Assembly (NCBI GenBank): GCA_010015805.1
Contig: ML978123.1
Span: 1,612,001-1,676,000, forward strand
Origin: Rhizodiscina lignyota
Lineage: Eukaryota
Length of the DNA stretch: 64,000 bases
Direction: 5' to 3'
Shown here: one piece after another, positions 48,463-60,408 of the stretch
Layout: each line of letters begins with the position of its first letter
Position numbering within the stretch: the first letter of the stretch is position 1
Notes under the pieces: generated by a model
Databases searched by the model: none
Seen by the model: only the letters and a program-made list of their open reading frames with translations
Told to the model about the DNA's origin: nothing
Made by a program: the position numbers and the translations under genes

Positions 48463-51066
48463 ATGCAGCGCATCGGCTCGGCTCTATGGCCATCTCTTCA
48501 GTGTTTTCAAGTGTACGGGGCAAACACCAATGTCGGCAAGACGATCGTTTCGACTGCTCTGTGTAAAGCATGGCGTGGAAAGCTGGATCTGAGTGTTCAT
48601 TATCTCAAGCCAGTCTCGACGGGGCCGTTGGATGATGCGGACGTCAAGTAAGCAAATCAAGAATTGTGCAGCCAGGCCCATGGACGAATTGACGTTCGAA
48701 TTAGCCACATGGCGAAGTTCGCGCCCGGCGTAAATACGAAAACACTCTTCCAGTTCTCGAAGCCCTTGAGTCCGCACATTGCTGCTAAAGATGCCGGAGA
48801 TGTATGCTCACGATCCATCCGTGGACCTTGCTACGCCGCCTTGAATAACAATACATCCTCTACAGATCCCGCCAGACTTGACTGTGCAGCAGCGCACCTA
48901 CCATGATTTGTCCGAAGCTGTCACCAAGGCAGACGTCGCAATTGTCGAGACCGCGGGCGGAGTGCTGTCTCCAGCGCCTTCAGGGAGCGTCCAGGCAGAT
49001 GTCTACCGGCCGCTACGGCTCCCTGTTCTACTCGTAGGCGACTACCACCTCGGTGGCATTTCGAGCACTATTGCGGCCTATGAATCGCTTCGCATTCGTG
49101 GCTATGACGTTCTTGCCCACTTCATTTTTGAAGATGCCGAGTATCAAAACTCCAAGTACTTGACTGATTTCTTCCTGGGCAACAAGGTGTCCACGATTGA
49201 GCTGCCGAAGCCACCAAGACAGGTCGAGGATGCAATGAAAGACTTACAGAATATGCAGACATATTACTCTGACGTCGCTGCCTCGCATGCTATTTTGGAA
49301 GCGGTTGAACGCCTTGGTCACCAACACGAAGCTCGCATTAAGAGGCTTGGTGAGATGTCGGCGCGAGCGGCAGACACCATCTGGTATCCGTTTACTCAGC
49401 ACAAGGGGCGGCGTCCCGAGGACATAGTTGTAATTGACTCTGCGTTCGGGGACAATTTCGATACGCTGAGCAACACTATGAGCCCCGAAGCTTCCATTCT
49501 GACGCCGGCAATGGATGGTTCAGCGTCCTGGTGGACCCAAGGGCTCGGGCATGGAAACCCCTCGCTTGCTTTGTCTGCGGCTTCTGCTGCTGGTCGCTAC
49601 GGGCATGTCATGTTTGCTGGAGCCATTCATGAGCCCGCTCTGTCTCTTGCCGAGATGTTACTGCAGCATCACGACAATCCCCGGCTAGCGAAGGTCTTTT
49701 ACTCTGACAATGGCAGCACCGGAATGGAGGTCGCCGTGAAGATGGCCCTGAGGGCGGCAAGGACTAGATACGGATGGGATCATGCGCAAGAGGATATTGG
49801 AATTCTGGGATTGCGCGGAAGCTACCATGGAGACACGATGGGAGTAATGGATTGCTCTGAGCCGTCGACGTACAATGACAGGATTGAGTGGTATAACCCA
49901 AAGGGGTGTAAGATTCCACTCCCCTAGAGTCTAAAAGGATAACTGACGGCTCACAACGGCTTAGACTGGCTCGACTACCCGACCGTTATCATGAGAGCAG
50001 GCCGGTGGTTTGTCGAACCACCGCACGGTCAAGAAGCCGCTTTTGGAAATGCGCAGTCTTTTGATTCTCTAAACGACATCTTCGATCTGAGAAGGAGAGA
50101 AGATGCCGTCTACACCCGGTATATTGAGAAAACTCTTACCGAATTGCGCGATGCTGGTCGCAAGTTTGGTGCACTGATCCTGGAACCCGTGATCCTTGGA
50201 GCAGGCGGCATGAATTTCATGTGAGAGAGCCAAAGACACGATATTTTTGCAACATGGCTAACAGTATATCCAGAGACCCTCTTTTCCAGCATGCGTTGAT
50301 CAAGGCTGTCAGGAACAGGCCGGATCTCATAGGCACGCAAAAATTGCGCAAACCTGGGTCACTGGATTCATGGAGTGGGCTTCCCGTTGTCTTTGACGAG
50401 GTCTTTACCGGACTGTACCGCCTCGGACGCTTTAATTGCTCGAGTTTTCTTCAAGCACAGCCCGACATCGTCGTCAACGCGAAGCTTTTGACTGGTGGAC
50501 TTATCCCCCTGTGCACGACGACCGCCAGCCAAGACATTTTTGACGCCTTTTTGAGCGACGAAAAGGCTGATGCCCTGCTTCACGGCCACAGCTACACTGC
50601 ACATGCTGTTGGATGTGCTGTTGCAGTAGATAGCCTTGATGCGATGATGCAAATGGAGAAGACTGGCAAGTGGGACGAGTTTCGGCGGAGCTGGGCCACA
50701 GACGAAGTGACCGGTGAGGGCTGCTGGAGCATGTGGAGCAAAGAGTTTGTCACGAAAGTGACGAATAAAGAGTCTATCGATGGCGTCTTTGCGATTGGCT
50801 CAGTCCTTGCTCTCACCCTGAAGGACGCCGCTGGGGGCGGTAAGATCGTAACATAGGTATCAATTTTCTCGACAGCTAACGACGTTCTAGGATACAATTC
50901 CCTTGCCGCGCAAGGGCTGCATTCCAGACTGCTTGACATTGGAGACAAGGGCTGGCGCATCCACTCTCGTGTTCTCGGAAACGTGCTCTACCTGATGACG
51001 AGCCAAATTACGACCTGGGAAACATTGAAGAATGTTGAACAATTCATTCTCGAGAGCGTGAATTGA
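48463..51066 (+). CDS. bioDA: Bifunctional dethiobiotin synthetase / DAPA aminotransferase
   Basis: BioD motifs GANTNVGKT, YLKPVSTG and ETAGGV are fused to BioA motifs WYPFTQH, DGSASWW, YHGDT, FDEVFTG, AKLLTGG and HGHSY. The last exon ends in TGA at 51066. Confidence 0.96.
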
Positions 51067-51434
51067 ACAAAATTCTTCTTGACTGGACTTGTCTCCGATC
51101 GCATGTCGTCCCTGCATTCGCGATTACTTGACGAAGGATGGCAGCAATTTTAGAAATCGAATAGCCAATGGACTGGATGATATGCGCCTTCTTGAGGACG
51201 AGTGACCGGAAGAGCGCCGGAGACCCTCGCCTCGGGTGCAGTATTTCGGCCAGAGAAGAAGAGACAGAACGGGTTCGTTTGGGCGATCAGCCATATCTCA
51301 AAGTGCGCAAAAGTTCTGGCCAACGCGGAACACGACAGACTAACACCGGAGCACATACAGACCACCACAGCATTGGCGAGGTAATGACAGCGAACTGAGA
51401 AATACAAAAAGATTTCAGGGTTGTCTGATTCAAC

Positions 51435-52518
51435 CTATGACAACCGTGGATATGCACTGAGTGCAACTTGTCCACCTGTATGGCAGAATAAGACATTCTT
51501 TGAACCTCTGAACTCTCCTTCCCGAGCCAGGTGCAATAGTCCAGTGATTGCTTTTCCAGTATATACCGGATCAGTGAGTATGCCTTCCAGTCTCGCAAAC
51601 TCTTTGATTCCTTCACTCGTTTGATCGTCGAGCCGCCCGTATGCCCCAGCGTGGAACGACCCAACAGCTTCGAAATCATCCTTTGTGATATCGTCTAGCT
51701 TAAGACCGATTTTCTCTGCAGCAGTTTGTGCGATGGACAACAACAGGTCTCCGATCTCTTCTAGCGATTGCGTCATGGCTTGAATCTCGATGAGCCTTCT
51801 TGGGGACGAGTCGGCACTGGTCTTCTGTGCAAGCTTGAAACCGGCAACCATTCCACCAAGAGTAGAGCCAGAGGCGACGGAAGTAACGATTGTGTCAAAG
51901 CGGACGCCGAGACTCTTCTCCTGCTCGACCAATTCAAACGCCCATCGAGCGAATCCGAGTCCCCCAAGAGGATGCGTACTCGCACCAGACGGAATGAAGT
52001 AAGGTCTGCCACCGCGGCTCCGAATAGAAGCCTCCGCGTCTTCCATCGTTGTGCCCACCGGAAAGGTCTCAGCACTCATAATCGCATTCAACTGAATGTT
52101 GCCTAGCCTCCGATATTCAGCATCATCCGAAGCCACAGCATCTTTTGGCAGTAAAGCAACCTGAGATCGTAAGTAGGAGTCTCACAGCAACATAGCACTT
52201 GCTGCATTGCTATATCACCTTCAGTCCTAAGCGAGCAGCGGCAGCAGTGGTCTGGCGCATATGGTTTGATTGCAGCCCCCCAGTCGTGAGAAGCGTATCC
52301 GCTCCCTGGTCTATTGCATCCTGGAGAATGTATTCGAGCTTGCGGACTTTGTTGCCACCAAAAGCGAGACCCGAATTGCAATCTTCGCGTTTGATCCAGA
52401 AAGAAACACCGTCGTTAATAGATCCCGTCAGCCGCTTAAGCTTCTCTACCGCAGATGGTTGGCTGAAAAGAAGTTGCTTGCGTGGGATATCGCTGAAGGG
52501 CGGAGGCAGTTTAACCAT
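51435..52518 (-). CDS. ACC deaminase/D-cysteine desulfhydrase family PLP enzyme with desulfhydrase-type signature residues
   Basis: KREDCNSGLAFGGNKVRKLEY, QSNH, IPSGAS, DPVYTGK and HTGG. One intron. Confidence 0.9.
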
Positions 52519-52702
52519 TTTGAAACGATAACTCCTGGCAGCTCTGTAAAACTCAAGCGGCCTCGGCGTTGATTCTATAAGTATAGCATTATCTGTATTC
52601 GTTCGGTGTCAACACCAAATGACGAAAGATTACCCCTTCGGGAATAGCGTCTGGTTAGTCAGCGAGTCCATTCGTATCAAGTCTTCTCATCCCTTATCGG
52701 TC

Positions 52703-53815
52703 TCAAAGTTGCAGTACAAGCTGTCCTCGATCACCAGCAGCTTCTGACATGACTGTTCCCATTTCTCCACTAAGCTTCGTGATCTTTTCGCGCACCCAAT
52801 CGTGGTCTGGATCGTTGGAATCGAGCAACTCTGCTTGGAAGCGGCTGATTCTCGTCGGGAATATCTCCAAGCTCTTGAGATGGAGGCCTTCCTGGTCTTT
52901 CCCTTCGACTGTGACTCTCCAGATGGCGCTTAGGTCGTTTCTGTAACTTTGATTGATTGCGTAGTCGTCCACAAAATCGCCGCAGCCGTAGATGATAAGC
53001 TTTCCTTTGTATTGCTCCACGCCTTGCACATGGTGCGAGGAGTGACCGTGGATGATGTCGACGCCACATTCGTCTATTAGAAAGTGAGCGAGGTCACGAG
53101 CCTCGGGATCTGGGCGCCAAAGATAGTTCGGCCCCCAGTGGACGCTGAAAACACGCAACGGGGCTGCCGCTCCGTTCGCAGAATGCGGCTGTCCTTTTGA
53201 TAATTGAGCACGAAGCCTTTCGCGCGTCTTAGGAGAATAGTCAATGAGGTGAAATTGCGGCACGGCGGCCCAGTCTCGGGGATGATCAGAAGCTGAGACT
53301 ATTTCCACTGTATATGCTGGAGAACCGTCGGAATGATGCTTTGGCAAAGTCAGCCTCGCTGGTTTCAAGGCCTCTTCTGTCGTTTCGCCAGCTCCAGCAA
53401 AGGCTATTCCGGCCTGTTTGAGCGTGTGTACGGTTTCGATAAGACCCTCAAACTTGAAATCTAGTGTATGATTGTTCGCGAGACTTGCATAATCAACGTT
53501 TGCTGCTTGTAATGCGACTACATTTGCAGGGTGCATCCGATAGTTGAACACTTTGTTTGGCCAAGCATTCGGATGAGTAGTAACGGACGTCTCCAGGTTG
53601 ATTAGGTTGAGATCAGCCTCATGGAAGAGACCTAGAGTATTGCCCCACGGAGAGACTTCTGTGTATCGGTTCAAATCAGGATTGCGCCTACGAAACCATT
53701 CGACAGTGCTAGCCTCGCCCGGTTCATGGACATGTGTGGCAAACATTTGATCGATGAGCCGTCCGAGCATTACGTCGCCAACAAAATTAAGCCTGAAAAG
53801 TTGTTTAGACGCCAT
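52703..53815 (-). CDS. CapA/PGA_cap-family metallophosphoesterase; intronless
   Basis: GDVMLGR, INLET, SLANNHTLD, SVHWG, IHGHSSHH and YGCGDF. First plausible ATG at 53815. Confidence 0.9.
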   Translation of the reverse strand: MASKQLFRLNFVGDVMLGRLIDQMFATHVHEPGEASTVEWFRRRNPDLNRYTEVSPWGNTLGLFHEADLNLINLETSVTTHPNAWPNKVFNYRMHPANVVALQAANVDYASLANNHTLDFKFEGLIETVHTLKQAGIAFAGAGETTEEALKPARLTLPKHHSDGSPAYTVEIVSASDHPRDWAAVPQFHLIDYSPKTRERLRAQLSKGQPHSANGAAAPLRVFSVHWGPNYLWRPDPEARDLAHFLIDECGVDIIHGHSSHHVQGVEQYKGKLIIYGCGDFVDDYAINQSYRNDLSAIWRVTVEGKDQEGLHLKSLEIFPTRISRFQAELLDSNDPDHDWVREKITKLSGEMGTVMSEAAGDRGQLVLQL

Positions 53816-54534
53816 GTTTGAGTCCTGATATACGGAACTTCTAGCAAAAGTAATAATAGACTTTGTAAGGTAAGAGCACAATGGTGAAAGCTTTGAATCT
53901 GGAGCATTAGTCCGTAGCGAGGTCGGAAGCTCCCGGATCCAATCAATCCATGGCAACGGGGGGAGGGTAGAGTACCGGAGCTGACCCGAGTCCGGGGCCT
54001 TTATTTACCCGAGTTTAGGTCCGTTCCCACCTAGAACTTTGTTTATTCTGCTGTGATTTAGTTCAAACTCTTCGACCAGAATTTCAGGTGTTTCCATAAC
54101 ATTAGACCGTTTAGGTAAAGTCTGATTTCACTTCTGTTCACTGCATTTGCTCAGGGCTAGGTTGTAGTGCGGGCAAGCGAGGCAAGCTCTCACAGGGGGC
54201 CTAGACTCCTCCCTAAAATGGTGATCATGACGAATTTACAACGGGCCGATTCCTCACAAGCGATAAGTCCTGACAGGATTCCTCGAAGCTACGAATGATC
54301 CAGGACTCTAACTCTGCTGGATGCCTAAATCTGTTGATATCCGACACCTCCGTTCGCTTACGATACTCAAAGAGACTTGAGGTACGGTGTGCGGGATACA
54401 GAAACTGCCTCACAGTGAGTCACCTCGTATACAAGAACGGGCTGTAATGGTTACACGTACTGCAACTATACTATAAAGGACGCGCTGAAAGCTCCCTTGG
54501 AGCGTAGCATCAGACTTCCACTCCTCGTTACACC

Positions 54535-55276
54535 ATGGGAAAGCTTATCGTTCACCACCTGGGAGTTTCGCAGTCCGACAGAGTCGTCTGGCTCTGCGAA
54601 GAACTTGGTCTTGACTATGAATTGAAGAAATACGACCGAGCACCGATATTCTCACCGCCAGAATACTGCAAGCTGCATCCTCTCTGTGCGGCGCCAGTGA
54701 TTGAAGACGGTGACATCAAATTAGCGGAATCGGCAGCCTGTGTCGAGTACATATGCCATACGAAGGCGGACGGCAGTTTGTTCGTTGCACCGGGCAAGCA
54801 GAATTATGCTGATTTCCTTTACTGGTTCCGTAAGATTCCTGACTTGCGCACGAAATGCTATTGCTAACTCAGTAACAGATTTCGCCAATGGTACATTTCA
54901 GCCCATGATAAGTCGTGGCCTCGCCATCATGGGGGCCGGCGCCGGAAAAGAAAGCGAGGCTATAAAGCGCTTCGACGCGAAGAAACATCAGATCCTCAGC
55001 TTTCTCGATCAGCGCCTTTCCCAGGTGCCTTGGCTTGCTGGTGATGATTTCACTGCCGCGGACATTATGATCGTCTTTTCGCTCACGGTCATGCGTTGCT
55101 TCTATCAGTATGATCTTGGAGACTATGAGAATATTTTGGCGTATCTGCAACGCATATCGAAGCGCGAGGCTTACAAGCGTGCGTTGCAGAAAGGCGACCC
55201 GGATCTGGACATTGAGAAGCTCATCGGTGCAGCTCCTCCGCCTTTGCAGAAGGGCCTGGCAGCGAGGATGAAATAG
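54535..55276 (+). CDS. Glutathione S-transferase (Gtt1-like)
   Basis: SQSDRVVWLCEELG, HPLCAAPVI, LAESAAC and AGDDFTAADIM. One intron. Confidence 0.92.
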
Positions 55277-55657
55277 TCGACCCAGCAAAATTCTATTCTG
55301 GTAGTAGCCAGACACTTGGAAGTCGGAGCACCGCGCGTCCAAAAGAAGCTCTCATCTCTAAGCCAGGAGAGATCTCCGTTCACCAAGCATCGGTTCGGTT
55401 CGTAATGGGCATGTATATATCGCTTCACTACTGCGCGTTCTTTGTACGTTAGACAAAATGTCATAACAAGTCCAGACTCCCTGACTCCGACGAGCCTATA
55501 TTTTTGGTTTACAATCCAAACAATCACCTTCATCCAAGTCATCGACAGACCAAATAACCTGCTGCCAAATTTCAAGGAAATGGTCGGTCTCCTCTTGTAA
55601 GCTGTCCGCAAGACGACCAAGGCCTGTCACTGCCGTATTGGGTCCATCATTGTTCAT

Positions 55658-57416
55658 TCAAGCTCCCATTCCGAGCCATTCCTTGAAAGTGTTCAACTGA
55701 GCTGACCTTGCCCTCTTCAAGCCCTCACTATCGCTCTCCATCGACACCAACAAATCTGCCCCATGCGAACTGCCGTCGACCAACATAACTCTACTATTGT
55801 TTCTTTGATTGCCTGGATAAAAGAACTCCATCCCGATATACGTCGTCGGATCCATCAAGTTCTCAACCAGCAGCAGTCTATCTGTCGACTGCACCGTCTC
55901 TGTGTCAAGCCCAATGCGACGGATGAACTGCTCGCCGCCATCTACGCACTGAAAGCCGTATGCAGCAGTGCACATGGGATCGAGAAGATGCTTTTGAGTG
56001 TAATCAGGCAGAAGCGGGCCCCAGATGGATGATGGCGCGGCGTATTGGTCGAAATGAGGCAAATACGTGCAGCGCATATACCCGTACGGGTCAACTGCGG
56101 TGTTGTTTGGAAGCCAGTCCGAGCAGTTCACCCCGTTCCATTCGTTGAAGTACTTGACAGCGGCGCCGTGCATGACCATGGGGTTGTCGGTTTCAAGGGT
56201 TGCGTTGATAGTCTTGTAGAACGGATAGTCGTAGATCCCGAGGTTGTATTGCAGGTTTTGCAGATACGCGCCGGCGATCCAGTTCAGAAGATCGTAATTT
56301 TGCTCGGTGGAGTTTGGACCGTACTAAAAGTTATGGAAATCAGCATCTTCCACAATTTTAGAGTGCATCTCAGGTGTTCGTACGCAGAGATTTAGTTGCT
56401 CCTTCATTCCTTGAAATTTTCCGGCAGCCAGACAGGCGCGCAAATCATTCATTGCACTCTTTATCTTTGCGGTAGCTTCCACTGAAACATCATAGTAGAC
56501 CATATCATTCCATTCCATAAAGCCAAAGACGTACTCGTTCAATGGATCGGTTTGGAAGCCACGCTGAGGTAAAGATGTCGCTAGGGATCCGAATATTTCA
56601 CCCGGAAAGTGGATCCTAAGGAGGGCAGACAGAAACCCTCCATAAGAACCACCGAATGCGATGATAGGGGCATTTTCAATGCGATCATCAGACTGCTTCA
56701 ACCACTTCAAAAACTTGACGGTGTCATGTAGCACATTGTCTAGTGTGAGTGCCCTTAGATCGTGCGTTGTCCGAGATGGAAAGTCGGAGCAGTTTAGCCC
56801 AAACGGGCAGCTGGAGCCCCAATAGCGATGTTCTAGGCTCACCATCATTGCCCCGAGCTGCTTAGCATGTTCCGGTATGGCCGTATCTGCCAGACATGGA
56901 AGAGGTTCTTCATTGCCTTGGAAGAAGAGGATCGGGCCACCAGGTCGATAAAAGGTGTCATTGAGCACATACTGCTGGAGGAACGTAGCATTACTGCCGC
57001 TGTATTTCTGTTTCCATATGTCCGCACCTGTAGCGTTCGGCTGAGAATGATCGATCGTGGAATGGTCTACGAGTTGGTGGAGGAACTTCTGTCCTTCTGG
57101 GCAGTTGTACGGGAGCGTGACTGATCTTCTGGAAGCCTGATAGATGTCAGTAAATTTCGGACATTCAGAGATGCTCTCGCTCGTGTTGAAGAACAAAACG
57201 CCATTTTGCCGCAGCTGTTCCATTGATCGCGCTCAACTATGTTGTCAATCCCACGCTCTGCTACTAAATGGGTTGCGTGATATAGAAAACTTGAAATACA
57301 ACGCAGTCCCGGATCTCACTCACTCTCTTACTAGCAGATTGGGTGAGTGCTGATACCTCACCATACGCAGCATGCACGCTGAAAAGGATAGATGGTAGAT
57401 AGACGTGGAAACGCAT
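55658..57416 (-). CDS. Secreted S28-family serine peptidase; 5' exon structure uncertain
   Basis: QLVDH, FYRPGGPILF, SLEHRYWG, nucleophile GGSYGG, DP and HGADL. An intron removes the TAG at 56324. A signal-like exon starts at ATG 57416. Confidence 0.8.
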
Positions 57417-57539
57417 GACGACAAGGTACGTAAAGAGGATTATTTCTAAAGTTTGATGATTGAATTAGAGGAAAGGAAGTAATGGGGTGTTTATATACCC
57501 TTTTAATGCCATACAAATTCCACCCTTGAAGCTTCAAGG

Positions 57540-58560
57540 CTACATAGAGCATCCAGAGGGGGCTGGATTGGGCTATGATGGCATTGTGCGATGTCGTCGG
57601 GTCTCCTCAGAGGCCTCGAATAGATGAAATTCTCCTACCGGAGAGAAGTATTCCTTTCTTACAAGCCTATATGGAGGAATTCTCTGCTTCGCCATAAGAA
57701 TTACGGATACGATACGAAGAAGAGCGAGATGAACCTGATCGCCCTGCCGCGTGAAAACAATCCAGGTTGCACAGCTAGTGAGTCTTCCACGGATCAACAG
57801 GTTGCTTTCGTATCTTGTGTGAGCGGCCGCAATGCGTACGCAAAGGCTAAGCCGTAACAAAGGCAGACTTGGACATTAGCTTTGAAAAACAGAGTTGGAT
57901 GTATCTGTGCGCAGAGACTGTCGGAGAGACTGGAGTGATGTCGGCACAATTTGTCGGAGTTCAGAGCGCGAGATGATAGGGATTGTGGAAGGAAAAGGCG
58001 AGGCTGTGTAGTAAGCACCGGTACATCTCGTCCCGAAAAGTATTAGCTGGCCCGCACCCAAAGACTGGTGAGTTCGGGACCCTCCCCCATCAAACTTCGG
58101 TGCATGCCACCCACGACTTCGGGCATTAGTTTTCACCATTCTTTAGAGACATAATTTCCCAAAAACCATATTAACCGCCACTACAGCGAAAAATCGGCGC
58201 CCACATATTAAATGACTAAGTGCTCTTCTTCAACGCGACCACAATGTGGATGATCGTGTCTGCTGTGGCATGTGTTGTATCTGGCATGTGTTCCGGCGGG
58301 GCGGACAGCCGCCAGAGAACTTCCAATACATGATTGAAAATGACAATCAATGACCTCTGTTTTGGCTTCTTCTGTTGGATACTGCAGCAGCACTCTGGCT
58401 CAAAGTACCCCGCTAACCAGCCACCTTCAGTCCCCGAATAAATATAAGCCTGATCCACCGTCCCGTGGACCAGAATACTTCATCGAGAGCAACATCCTTT
58501 TCAACTCACGCTATCCATAGACAATATGGTATTGGATCCTTCTTGGCATGGTAGGCCTGA
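57540..58560 (-). pseudogene. Possible heavily decayed gene relic with P450-like fragments
   Basis: Fragments spread over three frames with many stops: KKST*SF, LMPEV..MHRSLMG, and NAI..LWMLY, which resembles an I-helix. No heme motif is seen. Confidence 0.25.
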
Positions 58561-58681
58561 TGACTCTGATGATGAGCCTGAGCTGCGTTTCGCACAGTTC
58601 CAAAACGGTCAGGCCTTTGCGAAGTTTGTCGACGAGACTCCAGAGCACCACTTTCAAGAGGTATTAGGTATATGACCATGG

Positions 58682-59379
58682 GTGTACGAAAAGCTATCAA
58701 AAAAACTTATCGAACTTTCGCCGACCATTGACGAAATCAAACGAGACATAGAGAAAAAGCGGAAGACAGCGGTGGAAGACTATTACGACAGAGAGTTCTT
58801 CAAACCGAAATACGATTATCCGGAGCTTGATCATGAGATCTCGTCCTTAGAGAGGAGACTACAGGACCTTAAAGCACAGCGCAAGAGGCTCTACGAGAGG
58901 TCTGTTGCCATGGTCCATCCATTAGGACCTCACACCAGCGAGGGTGTTACGAGCCGCCTTGGACAGCTTGGAGTCCCGAGAAGCTGTTTGTCTTTATCTT
59001 TCTCATCCGCCGTGGCTGCGATGGTTGGTGGACAGGCAAATCGATTCAAGACATCGCTATGATCATGGGTCAATCTCGGAAGTCGATCCGCATGTAACTG
59101 GCCCAAACAAGGTCGTAGAGAAACAGTCAGCAGCTAACATTCTATAGCGTCTTCGCACAAATGATTCGTGCTCTCATCCACTTATACGATGGACTAAAAG
59201 AGCAGGAGAAATCCAAGCAGCTACCTTGCAAAGTGTGCAAACCGCGCACAGCTCAGTGGCAAATTCTCCGAGAGATCAAGCCTGGAGAGGTCTGCGGAAA
59301 GTTGGGATATACCGAGGAGGAGATCATGAAGACCTGTTCAGCGATCCAAACGTATGCGTGGATGTATCGCGACTGGTGA
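58682..59379 (+). CDS. Orphan coiled-coil plus HTH/Myb-like gene or gene fragment; the exons do not splice cleanly
   Basis: Coiled-coil ORF at 58682. A separate frame reads WSPEKLF..KSIQDIAMIMGQSRKSI and joins through a canonical intron ending at 59147 to QMIRAL..CKVC..RDW*. Confidence 0.35.
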
Positions 59380-60408
59380 ACTCGCGAGCGTGTGTTGCAT
59401 GTCGAAATGTTTAAATGGTCGCCACTCGTTTCGTTTCCATGTCTGCTGTGTACAATTCGTATTCTCGATGCACTCTACAAGGGAGCAAGAGTGACAGGCA
59501 GATAGAAAGCTGGGTACAACGTTCGGATTGTGCTTGGAAAGGAAACGTCAGGCTTTACGTTGACATGAAGTTTATCAGGCAGCACGTGTTCGATTCTAAC
59601 AGAAACAGTTCAGAAAACGATAACCGAAGTCGGTAATAGACGTAAGAGAATCAGCTATGCTTCGTGAAAAGAGTGTTTGATGCCGCTGCGGCATCTTTCG
59701 TCCTCACAGATTGATCTTATCATTGGCGTTACGAAGGATATCGTGCCGGTCTCTTGGTGGTCGCAGGCAGACGGAAAGATTAATCATATTGCCACCTTCT
59801 TACACTCTTTAGAAGTAACACTTCCATCTCGAGAAACTAGAGGACGAAAGCGCCTTCGATCGAACGAAAAACTACCTAGGTTGTTGAAGAATGAGAGATT
59901 ACGTTCCCGTTGATGGGCTAAAAGGCCTCACACGCATGCAACTTTGGATGACTAAACAGTTGATCAGTCATCGCCCACCAACCGATCTTCGAAAGTCTCT
60001 GAGTCGCGTTTGCGGTTTTCCTTTTCCTTCCTGAACTACTCGATAGCCAGCCCTATTCGTCGCATTTCGAAAGGCATAGATGAGTAATCCTACTTCTCTA
60101 CTGACTGTCGTATGCGGCAATCTTCGAGAAAAGCCGCCAAAAAGAATTTCCAAATGCAGCCCCTATCCTCTCGACAATGTCGATACACACTCTTCTACGA
60201 AGAATGGGGGTCCTAAGAGACGGCGAACCACGAAAGCCAGCCAAGACACAAGAATGACTCGCCTCTTCTAGCGCTCCTTAAGAGGGTGCATCTTGAGAGA
60301 GCGATTGTCCTGGAAGTGCGAACAGCTGAAACTTACGATATAAGTAGTACTGGTCTTCTCCCTTTTCATTGCCTGTCTTTGACTTCTGTATATTCATATT
60401 GCCCCGTC

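Noticed and set aside
56324..56383. Premature stop in the S28 peptidase
   Set aside because: The TAG is the acceptor of a GTACG..GCTGAT..TTTTAG intron, and the frame continues after splicing.
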